Virus record (IMG/VR): IMGVR_UViG_646311924_000007
Location: 32,001-96,000 of that record
DNA: 64,000 nt
DNA from: a virus
Lineage: Duplodnaviria; Heunggongvirae; Uroviricota; Caudoviricetes
Direction: 5' to 3' (one strand)
In this document: positions 53,104 through 63,206 of the stretch, piece after piece
Layout of the letters: every line of letters begins with the position of its first letter
How positions within the stretch are numbered: the first letter of the stretch is position 1
Position numbers and translations under genes: made by a program
Notes under the pieces: model-generated
What the model saw: the letters and a program-made list of their open reading frames with translations, nothing else
The model's database searches: none
Told to the model about the DNA's origin: nothing

Positions 53104-53774
53104 CTACTCTAACGACAGCATACTTACAGCAATTGGTATTTTTTGCAGGCGAGGCTACTTGTCATCCTGACGCAAACTATTTATTGGAATTTGAGAGGTT
53201 AGCGTCACCCGGTATCGTTCTGGAACTGGCCCAACAGGTGCTGGCCTTGAGACAAAAAGAGCAACATGAAAGTAATACGTGTAGATTGAATTTTGAGCAG
53301 TGGCTGGAACAGCAACGCGGAAAAATCGATGTGGACTGTGGTTGTGTGTCCACTGAAACATTCATGCACTGGCTGCGGGTAGCTTACGAGGCTGGCAACT
53401 ATCCGGATATTCCGGATATTCCGGATAGTTCGGTGCCAGCGCCAGGAAAGGGCGTCACAGGTGAGCGTATCCGCATTAAGCCGCATGTTTATCGCGAACT
53501 GGTTAACCGTCTCCACGATACAGCGATCAAGTGTGCAGGCACCCAGCAATTACGAGAAAGAATTAGCCGTGTTTTGGGCGACGTTATTACGCCAGACCAT
53601 CATAAACAAGCCGAGAAAAGTGACCTGGAAAGGTGTCACCTTGAGGCGGCATTAAACATTAAGCCGGGGCATACGCTTGGCATTATCGATGCTCTGTTGG
53701 TTCATAAGATGGCCAGGGCTTTATTGCCGCTGGTGGCTGAAAAGCATGAGGCGGACCATGCCAACGAAAGCTGA
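53085..53774 (+). CDS. hypothetical early protein
   Basis: 229-aa ORF; contains perfect tandem 9-bp repeat GATATTCCG x2 (53407-53424). Confidence 0.4.
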   Translation: MAQKEMTTLTTAYLQQLVFFAGEATCHPDANYLLEFERLASPGIVLELAQQVLALRQKEQHESNTCRLNFEQWLEQQRGKIDVDCGCVSTETFMHWLRVAYEAGNYPDIPDIPDSSVPAPGKGVTGERIRIKPHVYRELVNRLHDTAIKCAGTQQLRERISRVLGDVITPDHHKQAEKSDLERCHLEAALNIKPGHTLGIIDALLVHKMARALLPLVAEKHEADHANES

Positions 53775-54042
53775 GTTACAGGCGCGCATAGATATTCTTG
53801 AAAAAGAGAATGCGAGTCTAAAAGGAATGCTGGCGCGGGCGGAAAGGGAATTATCAGGCAAATTATTGCCAGAAGAGCTGCCACCAGCAGATATACCTGA
53901 TCGAGTGTCCTGGTGGATGAAGTATTTCCGTGCACCGTGGGAGGCGTTTTGGTGCTACGACCATCGCAGATGGTGTGATGAGCTTGATAGCAGTTTCCCC
54001 TATTTTGCGGAAGGGAACTCTTGCCCTGAATGTAGGAGTTAA
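53758..54042 (+). CDS. Cys-rich small protein, tandem paralog 1
   Basis: Start taken at ATG 53758 (MPTKAEL); C-terminal PWEAFWCYDHRRWCDELDSSFPYFAEGNSCPECR. Confidence 0.45.
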   Translation: MPTKAELQARIDILEKENASLKGMLARAERELSGKLLPEELPPADIPDRVSWWMKYFRAPWEAFWCYDHRRWCDELDSSFPYFAEGNSCPECRS

Positions 54043-54347
54043 TGATGACCGGCGAGCTTTATTTTAAAATGGCACGGGAGCGGCGTGTGCATCTGGATCG
54101 GATATTTCATCTCCAGAAGAGAGTAGAAGAACTGGAACGTCGTCTGAACTGTTATCCTGTTGATATGGTGTCTGCAATACCGCCGATTCCAATAGAAATG
54201 CAGATCCGCCTATGGATGGAAGAATATGGAATGCCGTGGGAGATATTTTTCTGCTTCGACCATAAACAGTGGGTAGATGAGCTGGATAATAGTTTCCCAT
54301 ATTTCACAGAGAACACATGCCCAGTATGCAGGAAGAACGGAATATGA
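54042..54347 (+). CDS. Cys-rich small protein, tandem paralog 2
   Basis: C-terminal PWEIFFCFDHKQWVDELDNSFPYFTENTCPVCR parallels paralog 1. Confidence 0.45.
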   Translation: MMTGELYFKMARERRVHLDRIFHLQKRVEELERRLNCYPVDMVSAIPPIPIEMQIRLWMEEYGMPWEIFFCFDHKQWVDELDNSFPYFTENTCPVCRKNGI

Positions 54348-54868
54348 CAAAATTTGGAAAGCTGGAAGCTCATTTGCTAACTCGTAACTACCGCCATGAT
54401 ATACACCCATATAGACAGTGGATCGATGAAAGTGAAGGAGTAGTTACATTCCCTCTATACAGGTTTGATGGGATGTTGGCTGGGTATCAGACATATAGAC
54501 CAGGTGCTCCTAAGCAGCATAGCAATCCGAAGATGGCCCGGTATTTCACGCGATCACATGGCAGACAGTTACTTTGGGGAACCTATCTTCCTTTAAAAGA
54601 TGGCCCAATATGGATAACTGAGTCTATTTTTAAGAGCGCAGCTGTACACAACGCGGGCGGCAATTCGTGGGCGCTGTTAGGTTCGACTTTCTCCGCAGGA
54701 TTACGCCGTCAACTTGCGATGCTGCCGTATGACTTTCGTGTAATAGGTGACAATGATGCGGCTGGTGAATTACTTGTGAAGTCTTTCGGAAAAGGTTTTG
54801 TGGCCCCGGATCTTGACGAGCTACAACCACATGAAGTGTCTCATTTGATTTTTAGCCATAGCCAATAA
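54344..54868 (+). CDS. Toprim-like domain protein
   Basis: Start taken at ATG 54344; conserved Glu (ITESIF) and DxD (IGDNDAAG) with Toprim-like spacing. Confidence 0.4.
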   Translation: MTKFGKLEAHLLTRNYRHDIHPYRQWIDESEGVVTFPLYRFDGMLAGYQTYRPGAPKQHSNPKMARYFTRSHGRQLLWGTYLPLKDGPIWITESIFKSAAVHNAGGNSWALLGSTFSAGLRRQLAMLPYDFRVIGDNDAAGELLVKSFGKGFVAPDLDELQPHEVSHLIFSHSQ

Positions 54869-54928
54869 GCATCTCTCCCCTTTGAGGCCACAATTAGTGG
54901 CCTTAAACAATGTGTTTTCTACCTCGAT

Positions 54929-55144
54929 TTAGCCTCTATTATCGTTTTGCATTTCTCTAATCCGGTTCAGAACTACTTCATGCTGGGCTTGGATAGCGGC
55001 TTTTTCGTTTTCAAGTCGGGCAATAGACATCTCTAATTCTTTGCTGTACCAGGCGAGTTGGGCCAGGTTCATCCGGTTGTGGTCGAGAGTTGGAGACACT
55101 TCGACGCGATCCCTTTCTTCCTGCTTTAATGAGAAGAGATTCAT
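54929..55144 (-). CDS. small coiled-coil protein (hypothetical)
   Basis: 71-aa ORF, convergent with early block. Confidence 0.35.
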   Translation of the reverse strand: MNLFSLKQEERDRVEVSPTLDHNRMNLAQLAWYSKELEMSIARLENEKAAIQAQHEVVLNRIREMQNDNRG

Positions 55145-55174
55145 CTCATCCCTTGAGGAAAATTCAGCAACAAT

Positions 55175-55510
55175 TTATTGTTGATGATCCGGTCGCTGCG
55201 GCATCCTCGCCAGTATAAATGGCGGTTCTTTTGAAAACATGAATGTCGGTTCAGACCGTGTTTTTACCCAGCTTGCCTGCTGTCTTTCGGCAAGTTCACA
55301 GGCTTCATCATAGTTATTTGCCAAACCAAGCACGGATGGACGGTCCCACGCGCCACCATTCAGACAATAAACAACAATTTTCCCGTCATGTTCTGTAACC
55401 CCATAGGGATGGTCCCACCAGGCGTCCAGCTGAGCTTTAGAGCGTTTCTCGTTAGGAGTGCAGTCAAAATTTTTGGGCAATACAGGATCGAGAGGAATGC
55501 GATTAGGCAT
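55175..55510 (-). CDS. hypothetical protein
   Basis: 111-aa ORF upstream of the 71-aa gene on minus strand. Confidence 0.4.
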   Translation of the reverse strand: MPNRIPLDPVLPKNFDCTPNEKRSKAQLDAWWDHPYGVTEHDGKIVVYCLNGGAWDRPSVLGLANNYDEACELAERQQASWVKTRSEPTFMFSKEPPFILARMPQRPDHQQ

Positions 55511-55646
55511 AGCTAATTCCTTATTAACTGATTGGCAACGAGGTTACGCTGATCCCGCGGTGATGAATAGTAGCAAAGCGCACAAAAATCATCAGCGGTG
55601 GTTGATGTACATAACGCGTTTGCACCAAAGGTGCTTCTTTAATGTA

Positions 55647-55666
55647 TACTGTACAGATAAACAGTA
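55647..55666. promoter_or_regulatory. LexA (SOS) box upstream of humD
   Basis: TACTGTACAGATAAACAGTA fits CTGT-N8-ACAG; overlaps likely -10 TATACT; ~20 bp upstream of humD start. Confidence 0.55.
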
Positions 55667-55684
55667 TTTTTGAGGTAAAACGCT

Positions 55685-56074
55685 ATGGGTTTCCCTTCTC
55701 CTGCGGCGGATTATGTTGAAAGCCGAATTTCTCTTGATCAGCAGATAATTAGACATCCATCAGCAACCTACTTCATGCGGGCAGCTGATAGCCATCACCG
55801 TGAGGGAATATTGCAGGGTGCTTTGCTGGTGGTTGATTCCTCGCTTACTCCGGTTGATGGTTCTCTGCTTGTGTGCGCTATGGAGGGTGAATATCGCATA
55901 AAGAGATACAGGAAGTATCCGCGCCAGCACCTGGAGGATTTAAGCACCGGGAAGAAAGAGGCGTTACCAGTAGATGACGATGGTTACACGGGTAGTAATG
56001 CTGTTTTTGGTGTGATCACTCATGTCATCAATGATGCCCGAAGTGGGGAATTTGATGATTGTCCGGTGATTTAA
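55685..56074 (+). CDS. humD: UmuD-like SOS mutagenesis protein
   Basis: 129 aa with S24 peptidase/UmuD-prime-like fold signature; preceded by LexA box. Confidence 0.75.
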   Translation: MGFPSPAADYVESRISLDQQIIRHPSATYFMRAADSHHREGILQGALLVVDSSLTPVDGSLLVCAMEGEYRIKRYRKYPRQHLEDLSTGKKEALPVDDDGYTGSNAVFGVITHVINDARSGEFDDCPVI

Positions 56075-56146
56075 GCTGCAAAGTGCTGGTGCTTTATGCC
56101 TGTGAAGTTTATAATTGTGTACACATAACGAGTACACGAGGTGTTT

Positions 56147-56368
56147 ATGCAATCCATTAACTTCCGTACCGCGCGTGGCAACCTTTCTGAAGTGCTCAAC
56201 AATGTTGAAGCCGGGGAAGAGGTTGAAATCACCCGCAGAGGCCGTGAGCCAGCAGTAATTGTCAGCAAGGCTACTTTCGAAGCCTACAAAAAAGCGGCGC
56301 TGGATGCTGAATTTGCATCCCTGTTTGACACCCTGGACTCCACCAACAAGGAACTGGTTAACCGATAA
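56147..56368 (+). CDS. phd: Phd antitoxin
   Basis: 73 aa [39 protein letters not shown]..., P1 Phd as recalled; palindromic GTGTACAC/GAGTACAC sites at 56117-56140 upstream. Confidence 0.9.
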   Translation: MQSINFRTARGNLSEVLNNVEAGEEVEITRRGREPAVIVSKATFEAYKKAALDAEFASLFDTLDSTNKELVNR

Positions 56369-56748
56369 TGAGGCATATATCACCGGAAGAACTTATTGCG
56401 CTTCATGATGCGAATATAAACCGCTACGGCGGCCTGCCGGGAATGTCAGATCCGGGTAGGGCAGAGGCCATTATCGGGAGAGTTCAGGCCAGAGTTGCCT
56501 ACGAAGAGATCACCGACCTTTTCGAAGTCTCCGCCACCTACCTGGTGGCTACAGCGAGAGGGCATATATTCAATGATGCCAATAAGCGTACCGCGCTAAA
56601 CAGTGCGCTGTTATTTCTACGCCGTAACGGGGTGCAGGTATTTGATTCACCTGAACTGGCAGACCTTACCGTAGGGGCTGCGACCGGAGAGATATCTGTA
56701 TCTTCTGTCGCCGACACGTTACGTAGATTGTATGGTTCCGCGGAGTAG
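56368..56748 (+). CDS. doc: Doc toxin (Fic-family kinase)
   Basis: 126 aa, overlaps phd stop; Fic motif region [15 protein letters not shown]. Confidence 0.9.
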   Translation: MRHISPEELIALHDANINRYGGLPGMSDPGRAEAIIGRVQARVAYEEITDLFEVSATYLVATARGHIFNDANKRTALNSALLFLRRNGVQVFDSPELADLTVGAATGEISVSSVADTLRRLYGSAE

Positions 56749-56752
56749 ATTA

Positions 56753-56932
56753 ATGGCACGTAAATACAACAAATTGTCCCGTGAAGCGTTAAAGATGCTT
56801 CTTGATGGCGTGAGTCGCCGCGAGGTAAAGCAATACCTGGTTGGTAAGCAAATTGGTGCCAGGACCGCTATTGCTGTGTTATGCCGTCAGGAAATGGTAG
56901 TGCTTAAACAGAGAATGCCGGGCAGCAGATAA
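56753..56932 (+). CDS. small protein downstream of doc (pdcA position)
   Basis: Start taken at ATG 56753 (MARKYNKLSREALKMLLDGV). Confidence 0.35.
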   Translation: MARKYNKLSREALKMLLDGVSRREVKQYLVGKQIGARTAIAVLCRQEMVVLKQRMPGSR

Positions 56933-56959
56933 AGCCCAATCAGTGATTAAAGGTGTGAT

Positions 56960-58003
56960 GTGAAAGCCGTAATTACTCCCTTTGTACAGAAAGAGCTTGG
57001 CCTCGCCACGTTCAAAGTGGATCAGGAGGTCAGAAAGCTGGTGGAGGCTGGCCGTAAATTTATTATGGAGCCGGTGCCGCGTGAGTTAATCGAGCACATG
57101 GAAGACGGCCTCGTTGTTACCGAGCAAACCATGGCAACAAATGAGGCGTTGCAGCCGTTTTTTAACAGCGATGAACTGTTTCGCCGTATTGGTGGAATTG
57201 ACGCGCTGGTGGCGTGGTTGCGCAGGAAAGAGGGGCAATGCCAGGCCGCAGATCGTAGCTGGTGTGACAACCATATTGTCCACGCAGAACGAGACAATAG
57301 CGCGGTGTTGTTGTGCTGGCATCACGATAACCATTACCGGATGCGTGGTTTTAATGAGCTGAAAGAAACGCTGCATAATAATCGCGTTAACTGGATACTG
57401 GATGTCGCCCGTCAGGAAATGGGGCTTTCAGATGGCCATGATTTAAGTATTCAGGAACTGTGCTGGTGGGCTTTCATGCGCAACATGATGCACCTGATGC
57501 CGGAAGAAGTTTGCCGTATATCAATAAATAAGATGAAAGCCGCAACGCAGGATAGCGGACCTCTGAAAGAGGCGGATATTCGCCCGTATGACGATCGCGC
57601 TACAGCATATGTTCAGATGATGGAAGAACGCGCCGCGCCGATGCGTGCAAAAGTATGCCCTGTGGATGTTGACTCCGACCCAGGTATGGCGCATTTCAAG
57701 ATACCAAAACTTCAATCGCTAAAATTACCTGAGTACATGGACTTTGTTGCTTCCCGTCCATGCTGTGGGTGTGGAGCGGCGGGAGCTGGCGCTCACATTA
57801 CGCCTTATATCGTTCGTCATAGTCGATTATGCGCGCATGACATTTACGCAATTCCTCTGTGCCAGTCATGCCAGCGTGATATTGAGCGTGACCGCGATAA
57901 TTGGGAGAAGACGCACGGTAGGCTGGCGATGCATCAACGATTGTTCTTTGATTACGCGCTTGGAGTCGGCGCTATCACAAGTCACTCGTCGAGCGTTAGA
58001 TAA
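56960..58003 (+). CDS. Cys-rich protein downstream of doc (pdcB position)
   Basis: 347 aa with [12 protein letters not shown] and CQSCQRD clusters. Confidence 0.45.
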   Translation: MKAVITPFVQKELGLATFKVDQEVRKLVEAGRKFIMEPVPRELIEHMEDGLVVTEQTMATNEALQPFFNSDELFRRIGGIDALVAWLRRKEGQCQAADRSWCDNHIVHAERDNSAVLLCWHHDNHYRMRGFNELKETLHNNRVNWILDVARQEMGLSDGHDLSIQELCWWAFMRNMMHLMPEEVCRISINKMKAATQDSGPLKEADIRPYDDRATAYVQMMEERAAPMRAKVCPVDVDSDPGMAHFKIPKLQSLKLPEYMDFVASRPCCGCGAAGAGAHITPYIVRHSRLCAHDIYAIPLCQSCQRDIERDRDNWEKTHGRLAMHQRLFFDYALGVGAITSHSSSVR

Positions 58004-58004
58004 A

Positions 58005-58021
58005 ATTGCTCTAATGTATTG
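58005..58021 (+). promoter_or_regulatory. weak C1 operator-like site (ATTGCTCTAATGTATTG)
   Basis: First 11 positions match consensus, 3 mismatches in 3' half; upstream of lpa. Confidence 0.35.
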
Positions 58022-58091
58022 CTATTTCTTTAATAGAGGGTATTATATTCCACGTTGATTAGTTGACATGGGCTAATCAGTAGGTGACAGG

Positions 58092-58544
58092 ATGTTACTT
58101 AACTGGCAGGGACGCCACTTCATGGAAATAAATCACTCACGAATAACATCGTATGAGATTGCGGATTACATGATCCGCACTAAGTCTTTTCTATCAGCGA
58201 AAGAACTCGCAGCAATCCTTGAAAAGGAATACCCGCATCTGGATGTCGATAAGCGCGATGTTTATCTGCGCTTAAAGGCTATCGCTGTGTCTAAGTATTC
58301 GTCTGTTTTGATTGATGACAGTACACGCCCACGTAGATTTCAGATCCACTCTCTGAATCCTGAATTCTTTCGCCGTAGCCGCGCTCCGCGCCGGTTTGAT
58401 GAAAAACTCCAGAACGAACTCTATATGACGCAGGACGAAAAGGAACGCCGGGAGCACCAGCCTTGGGTAATGGCGCGTCAACTTTTCAATAAGGTGGCCC
58501 GTCAGCACCGTCATTACGGTAATGCCACATCCGCACGTATCTGA
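58092..58544 (+). CDS. lpa: late promoter activator Lpa-like protein
   Basis: 150-aa ORF immediately upstream of pacA as in P1. Assignment by position and size. Confidence 0.6.
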   Translation: MLLNWQGRHFMEINHSRITSYEIADYMIRTKSFLSAKELAAILEKEYPHLDVDKRDVYLRLKAIAVSKYSSVLIDDSTRPRRFQIHSLNPEFFRRSRAPRRFDEKLQNELYMTQDEKERREHQPWVMARQLFNKVARQHRHYGNATSARI

Positions 58545-58629
58545 TTGATTGCTTGCCCGTTCCGGGCCTTTTGACATGTGACTTTCGTTACCCTCGCGTC
58601 AAAAAGAGTTTTTACGAAAGGAAGCATAA

Positions 58630-59823
58630 GTGACCTGGGACGATCACAAGAAGAATTTTGCTCGCCTGGCGCGAGATGGTGGTTACACCATCGCACAGTA
58701 TGCCGCCGAGTTTAATCTTAACCCTAATACCGCACGTCGTTATCTCCGTGCCTTCAAAGAAGACTCCAGGACTGCGGACAGCCGCAAGCCAAATAAGCCA
58801 GTCAGGAAGCCACTAAAAAGCATGATCATTGATCACTCTAATGATCAACATGCAGGTGATCATATTGCGGCTGAAATAGCGGAAAAACAGAGAGTTAATG
58901 CCGTTATCAGTGCCGCAGTCGAGAATGCGAAGCGCCAAAATAAGCGCATAAATGATCGTTCAGATGATCATGACGTGATCACCCGCGCCCACCGGACCTT
59001 ACGTGATCGCCTGGAACGCGACACCCTGGATGATGATGGTGAACGCTTTGAATTCGAAGCTGGCGATTACCTGATAGATAACGTTGAAGCGCGGAAGGCC
59101 GCGCGCGCTATGTTGCGTCGGTCCGGGGCCGATGTTCTGGAAACCACTCTTCTTGAAAAGTCTCTTTCTCATCTCCTTATGCTGGAGAACGCCAGGGATA
59201 CGTGTATTCGCCTGGTGCAGGAAATGCGCGATCAGCAAAAAGACGATGATGAAGGTACTCCGCCTGAATACCGTATCGCGAGCATGCTAAACAGCTGTTC
59301 CGCGCAGATAAGCAGTCTGATCAACACCATTTACAGCATCCGGAATAACTATCGAAAAGAAAGCCGGGAGGCGGAAAAGCACGCTTTATCTATGGGGCAA
59401 GCTGGCATTGTTAAGCTGGCATACGAACGAAAGCGTGAAAATAACTGGTCAGTGCTGGAAGCAGCTGAATTCATCGAGGCGCATGGTGGGAAAGTTCCGC
59501 CCCTGATGCTGGAGCAAATCAAAGCCGATCTGCGTGCTCCTAAGACCAATACCGATGATGAGGAAAGGCAAACAGCCGTCGGTGGCCCTTCTCTTGAAGA
59601 TCTGGACAAAGTTGCGCGAGAACGGGCCGCCAGCCGCCGCGCTGATGCCGCATTGTGGATTGAGCATCGTAGAGAAGAAATTGCCGATATCGTCGATACA
59701 GGTGGTTATGGTGATGTCGATGCGGAAGGCATATCAAACGAAGCATGGCTTGAACAGGATCTGGACGAAAACGAGGAGGAAGACGAAGAAGTTACCCGCA
59801 AACTGTACGGGGATGATGATTAA
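58630..59823 (+). CDS. pacA: terminase small subunit PacA
   Basis: 397 aa, GTG start; contains pac hexamer clusters; followed by terminase large subunit. Confidence 0.8.
   Translation: MTWDDHKKNFARLARDGGYTIAQYAAEFNLNPNTARRYLRAFKEDSRTADSRKPNKPVRKPLKSMIIDHSNDQHAGDHIAAEIAEKQRVNAVISAAVENAKRQNKRINDRSDDHDVITRAHRTLRDRLERDTLDDDGERFEFEAGDYLIDNVEARKAARAMLRRSGADVLETTLLEKSLSHLLMLENARDTCIRLVQEMRDQQKDDDEGTPPEYRIASMLNSCSAQISSLINTIYSIRNNYRKESREAEKHALSMGQAGIVKLAYERKRENNWSVLEAAEFIEAHGGKVPPLMLEQIKADLRAPKTNTDDEERQTAVGGPSLEDLDKVARERAASRRADAALWIEHRREEIADIVDTGGYGDVDAEGISNEAWLEQDLDENEEEDEEVTRKLYGDDD
58823..58981. other. pac: pac packaging site (two clusters of TGATCA/G hexamers)
   Basis: Four TGATCA at 58823, 58830, 58842, 58857 and three TGATC(A/G) at 58953, 58965, 58976 within pacA, each containing a GATC. 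Confidence 0.65.
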
Positions 59824-61307
59824 TGGCCAGAAGTTGCGTAACGGACCCACGTTGGCGCGAGCTGGTGGCGCTATATCGTTATGACTGGATTGCGGCCGCT
59901 GATGTGTTGTTTGGGAAGACACCAACCTGGCAGCAGGATGAGATCATTGAGTCCACGCAGCAGGACGGCAGTTGGACAAGTGTGACCTCCGGCCATGGTA
60001 CTGGTAAGTCGGATATGACGAGTATCATTGCAATACTCTTCATCATGTTTTTCCCCGGCGCTCGCGTTATTCTGGTCGCTAACAAAAGACAGCAAGTCCT
60101 TGATGGTATTTTCAAATACATAAAGAGCAATTGGGCTACTGCTGTTAGCAGATTCCCGTGGTTGTCGAAGTATTTCATTCTTACAGAAACGTCTTTTTTT
60201 GAGGTGACTGGCAAGGGTGTTTGGACAATATTGATAAAGTCCTGTCGCTCCGGAAATGAGGAGGCGTTGGCTGGTGAACACGCCGATCATCTCTTGTATA
60301 TCATCGACGAAGCGTCGGGTGTGAGTGATAAAGCATTCAGTGTGATAACAGGTGCGCTGACCGGTAAGGATAACCGTATTCTGCTTCTTTCCCAGCCTAC
60401 GCGACCTTCAGGCTATTTCTACGATTCACACCACAGACTAGCTATTCGCCCGGGAAATCCTGATGGATTGTTTACTGCGATAATACTGAATAGTGAAGAA
60501 TCTCCGCTTGTAGATGCAAAATTTATACGAGCAAAACTTGCGGAGTATGGCGGTCGTGATAACCCCATGTACATGATCAAAGTACGTGGTGAATTTCCCA
60601 AATCTCAAGATGGCTTTCTTCTTGGTCGTGATGAGGTTGAGCGGGCGACGCGGCGAAAGGTCAAGATTGCCAAAGGATGGGGCTGGGTTGCATGTGTTGA
60701 CGTTGCTGGTGGCACAGGACGAGATAAGTCCGTTATTAATATCATGATGGTGTCCGGCCAGCGAAATAAACGCCGTGTAATCAACTATCGTATGCTGGAA
60801 TACACAGACGTTACAGAAACGCAGTTAGCCGCCAAGATTTTCGCAGAATGTAACCCAGAACGGTTCCCGAACATAACCATAGCTATTGATGGCGATGGCT
60901 TGGGGAAATCGACGGCTGATCTGATGTACGAACGCTATGGTATTACCGTCCAGCGTATCCGCTGGGGTAAAAAGATGCACAGCCGTGAAGATAAAAGCCT
61001 TTATTTCGATATGCGCGCTTTCGCGAATATTCAGGCGGCAGAAGCTGTAAAATCAGGGCGTATGCGGCTTGATAAGGGGGCTGCGACTATAGAGGAAGCA
61101 TCAAAGATACCGGTAGGGATAAATTCCGCAGGTCAATGGAAGGTGATGTCAAAGGAAGATATGAAGAAAAAACTCAACCTGCACTCACCGGACCATTGGG
61201 ATACATATTGTTTCGCTATGTTGGCGAACTATGTTCCCCAAGATGAAGTGCTTAGCGTCGAAGACGAAGCGCAGGTTGATGAAGCTCTGGCATGGCTTAA
61301 TGAATGA
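59823..61307 (+). CDS. pacB: terminase large subunit PacB
   Basis: 494 aa; Walker A-like region and C-terminal nuclease segment ([11 protein letters not shown]). Confidence 0.85.
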   Translation: MARSCVTDPRWRELVALYRYDWIAAADVLFGKTPTWQQDEIIESTQQDGSWTSVTSGHGTGKSDMTSIIAILFIMFFPGARVILVANKRQQVLDGIFKYIKSNWATAVSRFPWLSKYFILTETSFFEVTGKGVWTILIKSCRSGNEEALAGEHADHLLYIIDEASGVSDKAFSVITGALTGKDNRILLLSQPTRPSGYFYDSHHRLAIRPGNPDGLFTAIILNSEESPLVDAKFIRAKLAEYGGRDNPMYMIKVRGEFPKSQDGFLLGRDEVERATRRKVKIAKGWGWVACVDVAGGTGRDKSVINIMMVSGQRNKRRVINYRMLEYTDVTETQLAAKIFAECNPERFPNITIAIDGDGLGKSTADLMYERYGITVQRIRWGKKMHSREDKSLYFDMRAFANIQAAEAVKSGRMRLDKGAATIEEASKIPVGINSAGQWKVMSKEDMKKKLNLHSPDHWDTYCFAMLANYVPQDEVLSVEDEAQVDEALAWLNE

Positions 61308-61310
61308 ATA

Positions 61311-61327
61311 TTTGCTCTAATAAATTG
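61311..61327 (+). promoter_or_regulatory. C1 operator-like site (TTTGCTCTAATAAATTG)
   Basis: 15/17 to consensus, 4 nt after pacB stop. Confidence 0.55.
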
Positions 61328-61645
61328 TGTTTTTTAACTACCGATGTTACATTGAGCCTGACCTCTTGCGCCTTGAGGCATTTTCGGTTTATGCTTATCA
61401 GGCACCTCATTAAAACGGGTGCCGGGATTGGCCTCCCGCTTAAGTCTAAGGCGATACAGACGCCGCTCGCGTCTTTTTTTGTATCGGCGTACACGCACAC
61501 CTCTACAATGGTGGGCTGTATGGGGCTACCTTCGGGTAGGCTGGTTACCTTGGACGCCAGTAAGGCCAACTCCGTACAGTCCACCGCCAGCAAGATTGGT
61601 CTCTTCTGCGGTGGTTACATACCAACGTCTAAGGAGGCTGCCAAT

Positions 61646-61867
61646 ATGGCTACTATCCCTACCCCAACTCATCCTGAATTTATCTGGCGCTTTTACTCCT
61701 GCCAAAAACGTCACTATCACTTCGTTATTGCACCAACAGAAGATGAGGCTCGCTCTCAGCTTCCTGACGCCCCATGTATTTTCTCTGCCCGTTTTTCCAC
61801 TGATTCACGCAATTCTCTCAGTTACTGGTGCCTCCCTGTTAACGCTTCTGCTCAGGAGGGACTATGA
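61646..61867 (+). CDS. Icd-like small protein, paralog 2
   Basis: 73 aa MATIPTPTHPEFIWRFYSCQKRHYHFVIAPTEDEARSQLPDAPCIF; stop 61865-61867 sits 3 bp before the IS end. Confidence 0.65.
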   Translation: MATIPTPTHPEFIWRFYSCQKRHYHFVIAPTEDEARSQLPDAPCIFSARFSTDSRNSLSYWCLPVNASAQEGL

Positions 61868-61912
61868 GAATGAACCGCCCCGGGTTTCCTGGAGAGTGTT
61901 TTATCTGTGAAC

Positions 61913-62803
61913 TCAGGCTGCCAGATCATCGTTTCCGATGGAAGCATAATAAGCTTTTTCTGCTTCTGCCGGAGGAGTATGGCCCAGCCTTCCCAGCAAT
62001 CGTCGATTGTTATACCAGTCCACCCACGTTAGTGTGGCCAGTTCCACTTCTGCACGGTTTTTCCAGCTCTTACGGTGTATTACCTCCGCTTTGTAAAGAC
62101 CATTGATGCTCTCAGCCATCGCGTTGTCATACGAGTCGCCTGTACTCCCTGTTGATGCCAGTAATCCGGCTTCTTTTAGTCGCTCCGTATAGGCCAGTGA
62201 CACATACTGAGAGCCTTTATCGCTGTGATGGATGGTGCCAGACGGACGACGGGCCCACAACGCCTGCTCCAGCGCATCCAGCACGAATGTCGTTTCCATA
62301 GACGATGAGACCCGCCACCCCACGATGTATCCGGCAAACACATCAATGATAAACGCCACATAGACGAAGCCCTGCCATGTGCTGACGTAAGTAAAATCAG
62401 CCACCCACAGCTGGTCAGGTCGTTCTGCCACGAACTGACGGTTTACGCGGTCGCCTGCGGCAACGGCTTTCCGGCTGATGGTCGTACGGACCTTTTTACC
62501 CCGGAGAACACCGGCAAGTCCCATAACCGCCATGAGACGTGCCACTGTACATCTGGCCACCCTGATTCCTTCCCGTAACAACTGACGCCAGACTTTACGC
62601 ACACCGTACACCTGATGATTTTCATCGTATACGCGCTGTATCTCTCTCTTCAGCCAGTCGTCGTGCTGCGCACGGGCACTGCGTTTATCCGGATGATGTC
62701 GCTGTTGCTGACAATGGTAATACGTTGACGGGGCAATATGCAGTTCGCTGCATACCGGTCCGACCCCGTACTGCTCACGCAGCTTATCCAGCAGTGGCAT
62801 CAT
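61913..62803 (-). CDS. IS3-family transposase OrfB (copy 2)
   Basis: Translation identical to copy 1 OrfB. Confidence 0.85.
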   Translation of the reverse strand: MMPLLDKLREQYGVGPVCSELHIAPSTYYHCQQQRHHPDKRSARAQHDDWLKREIQRVYDENHQVYGVRKVWRQLLREGIRVARCTVARLMAVMGLAGVLRGKKVRTTISRKAVAAGDRVNRQFVAERPDQLWVADFTYVSTWQGFVYVAFIIDVFAGYIVGWRVSSSMETTFVLDALEQALWARRPSGTIHHSDKGSQYVSLAYTERLKEAGLLASTGSTGDSYDNAMAESINGLYKAEVIHRKSWKNRAEVELATLTWVDWYNNRRLLGRLGHTPPAEAEKAYYASIGNDDLAA

Positions 62804-63126
62804 TTTTTCCAGAGGCGGTCGAACTCCGCCTTCGCAAAATAAGCGGAAGCCTGGCGAAGGATATCGTTACTGCGGCGCAGTTCACGATTTTCACGTTCCA
62901 GCTCTTTCAGACGCTGACGTTCAGCGCTGGTGAGCCCACCATCACCGCCCCCGGTATCCCGCTCATGCTGGCGAACCCAGACACGCAGAGTCTCCGGCGT
63001 ACAGCCAATCTTTGGGGCAATGGAACAAATTGCCGCCCACTGTGAGTCATATTCATCCTGACTTTCCAGAACCATACGAATCGCCCGCTGACGGACTTCG
63101 GGGGAAAAACGAGTATTTTTAGTCAT
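62800..63126 (-). CDS. IS3-family transposase OrfA (copy 2)
   Basis: Translation identical to copy 1 OrfA. Confidence 0.85.
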   Translation of the reverse strand: MTKNTRFSPEVRQRAIRMVLESQDEYDSQWAAICSIAPKIGCTPETLRVWVRQHERDTGGGDGGLTSAERQRLKELERENRELRRSNDILRQASAYFAKAEFDRLWKK

Positions 63127-63206
63127 CCTGTTTACCTCTTTCTCAGGGAGTTTAGTCTCCAGGATTTCCGGGGCGGTTCAGAACGTCATTAGTCACCCGT
63201 GAAGAG

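Larger units (their letters stand above)
61871..63180 (-). mobile_element. IS629-like element, copy 2 (1310 bp, inverted), TSD GAA
   Basis: Same terminal sequences as copy 1 in reverse orientation; direct repeats GAA at 61868-61870 and 63181-63183; identical OrfA/OrfB translations. Confidence 0.85.

Noticed and set aside
42899-63180. Composite transposon formed by the two IS629-like copies
   Set aside because: Each copy has its own 3-bp target duplication (GAC and GAA). A composite transposon would show a single duplication at the outer ends only.
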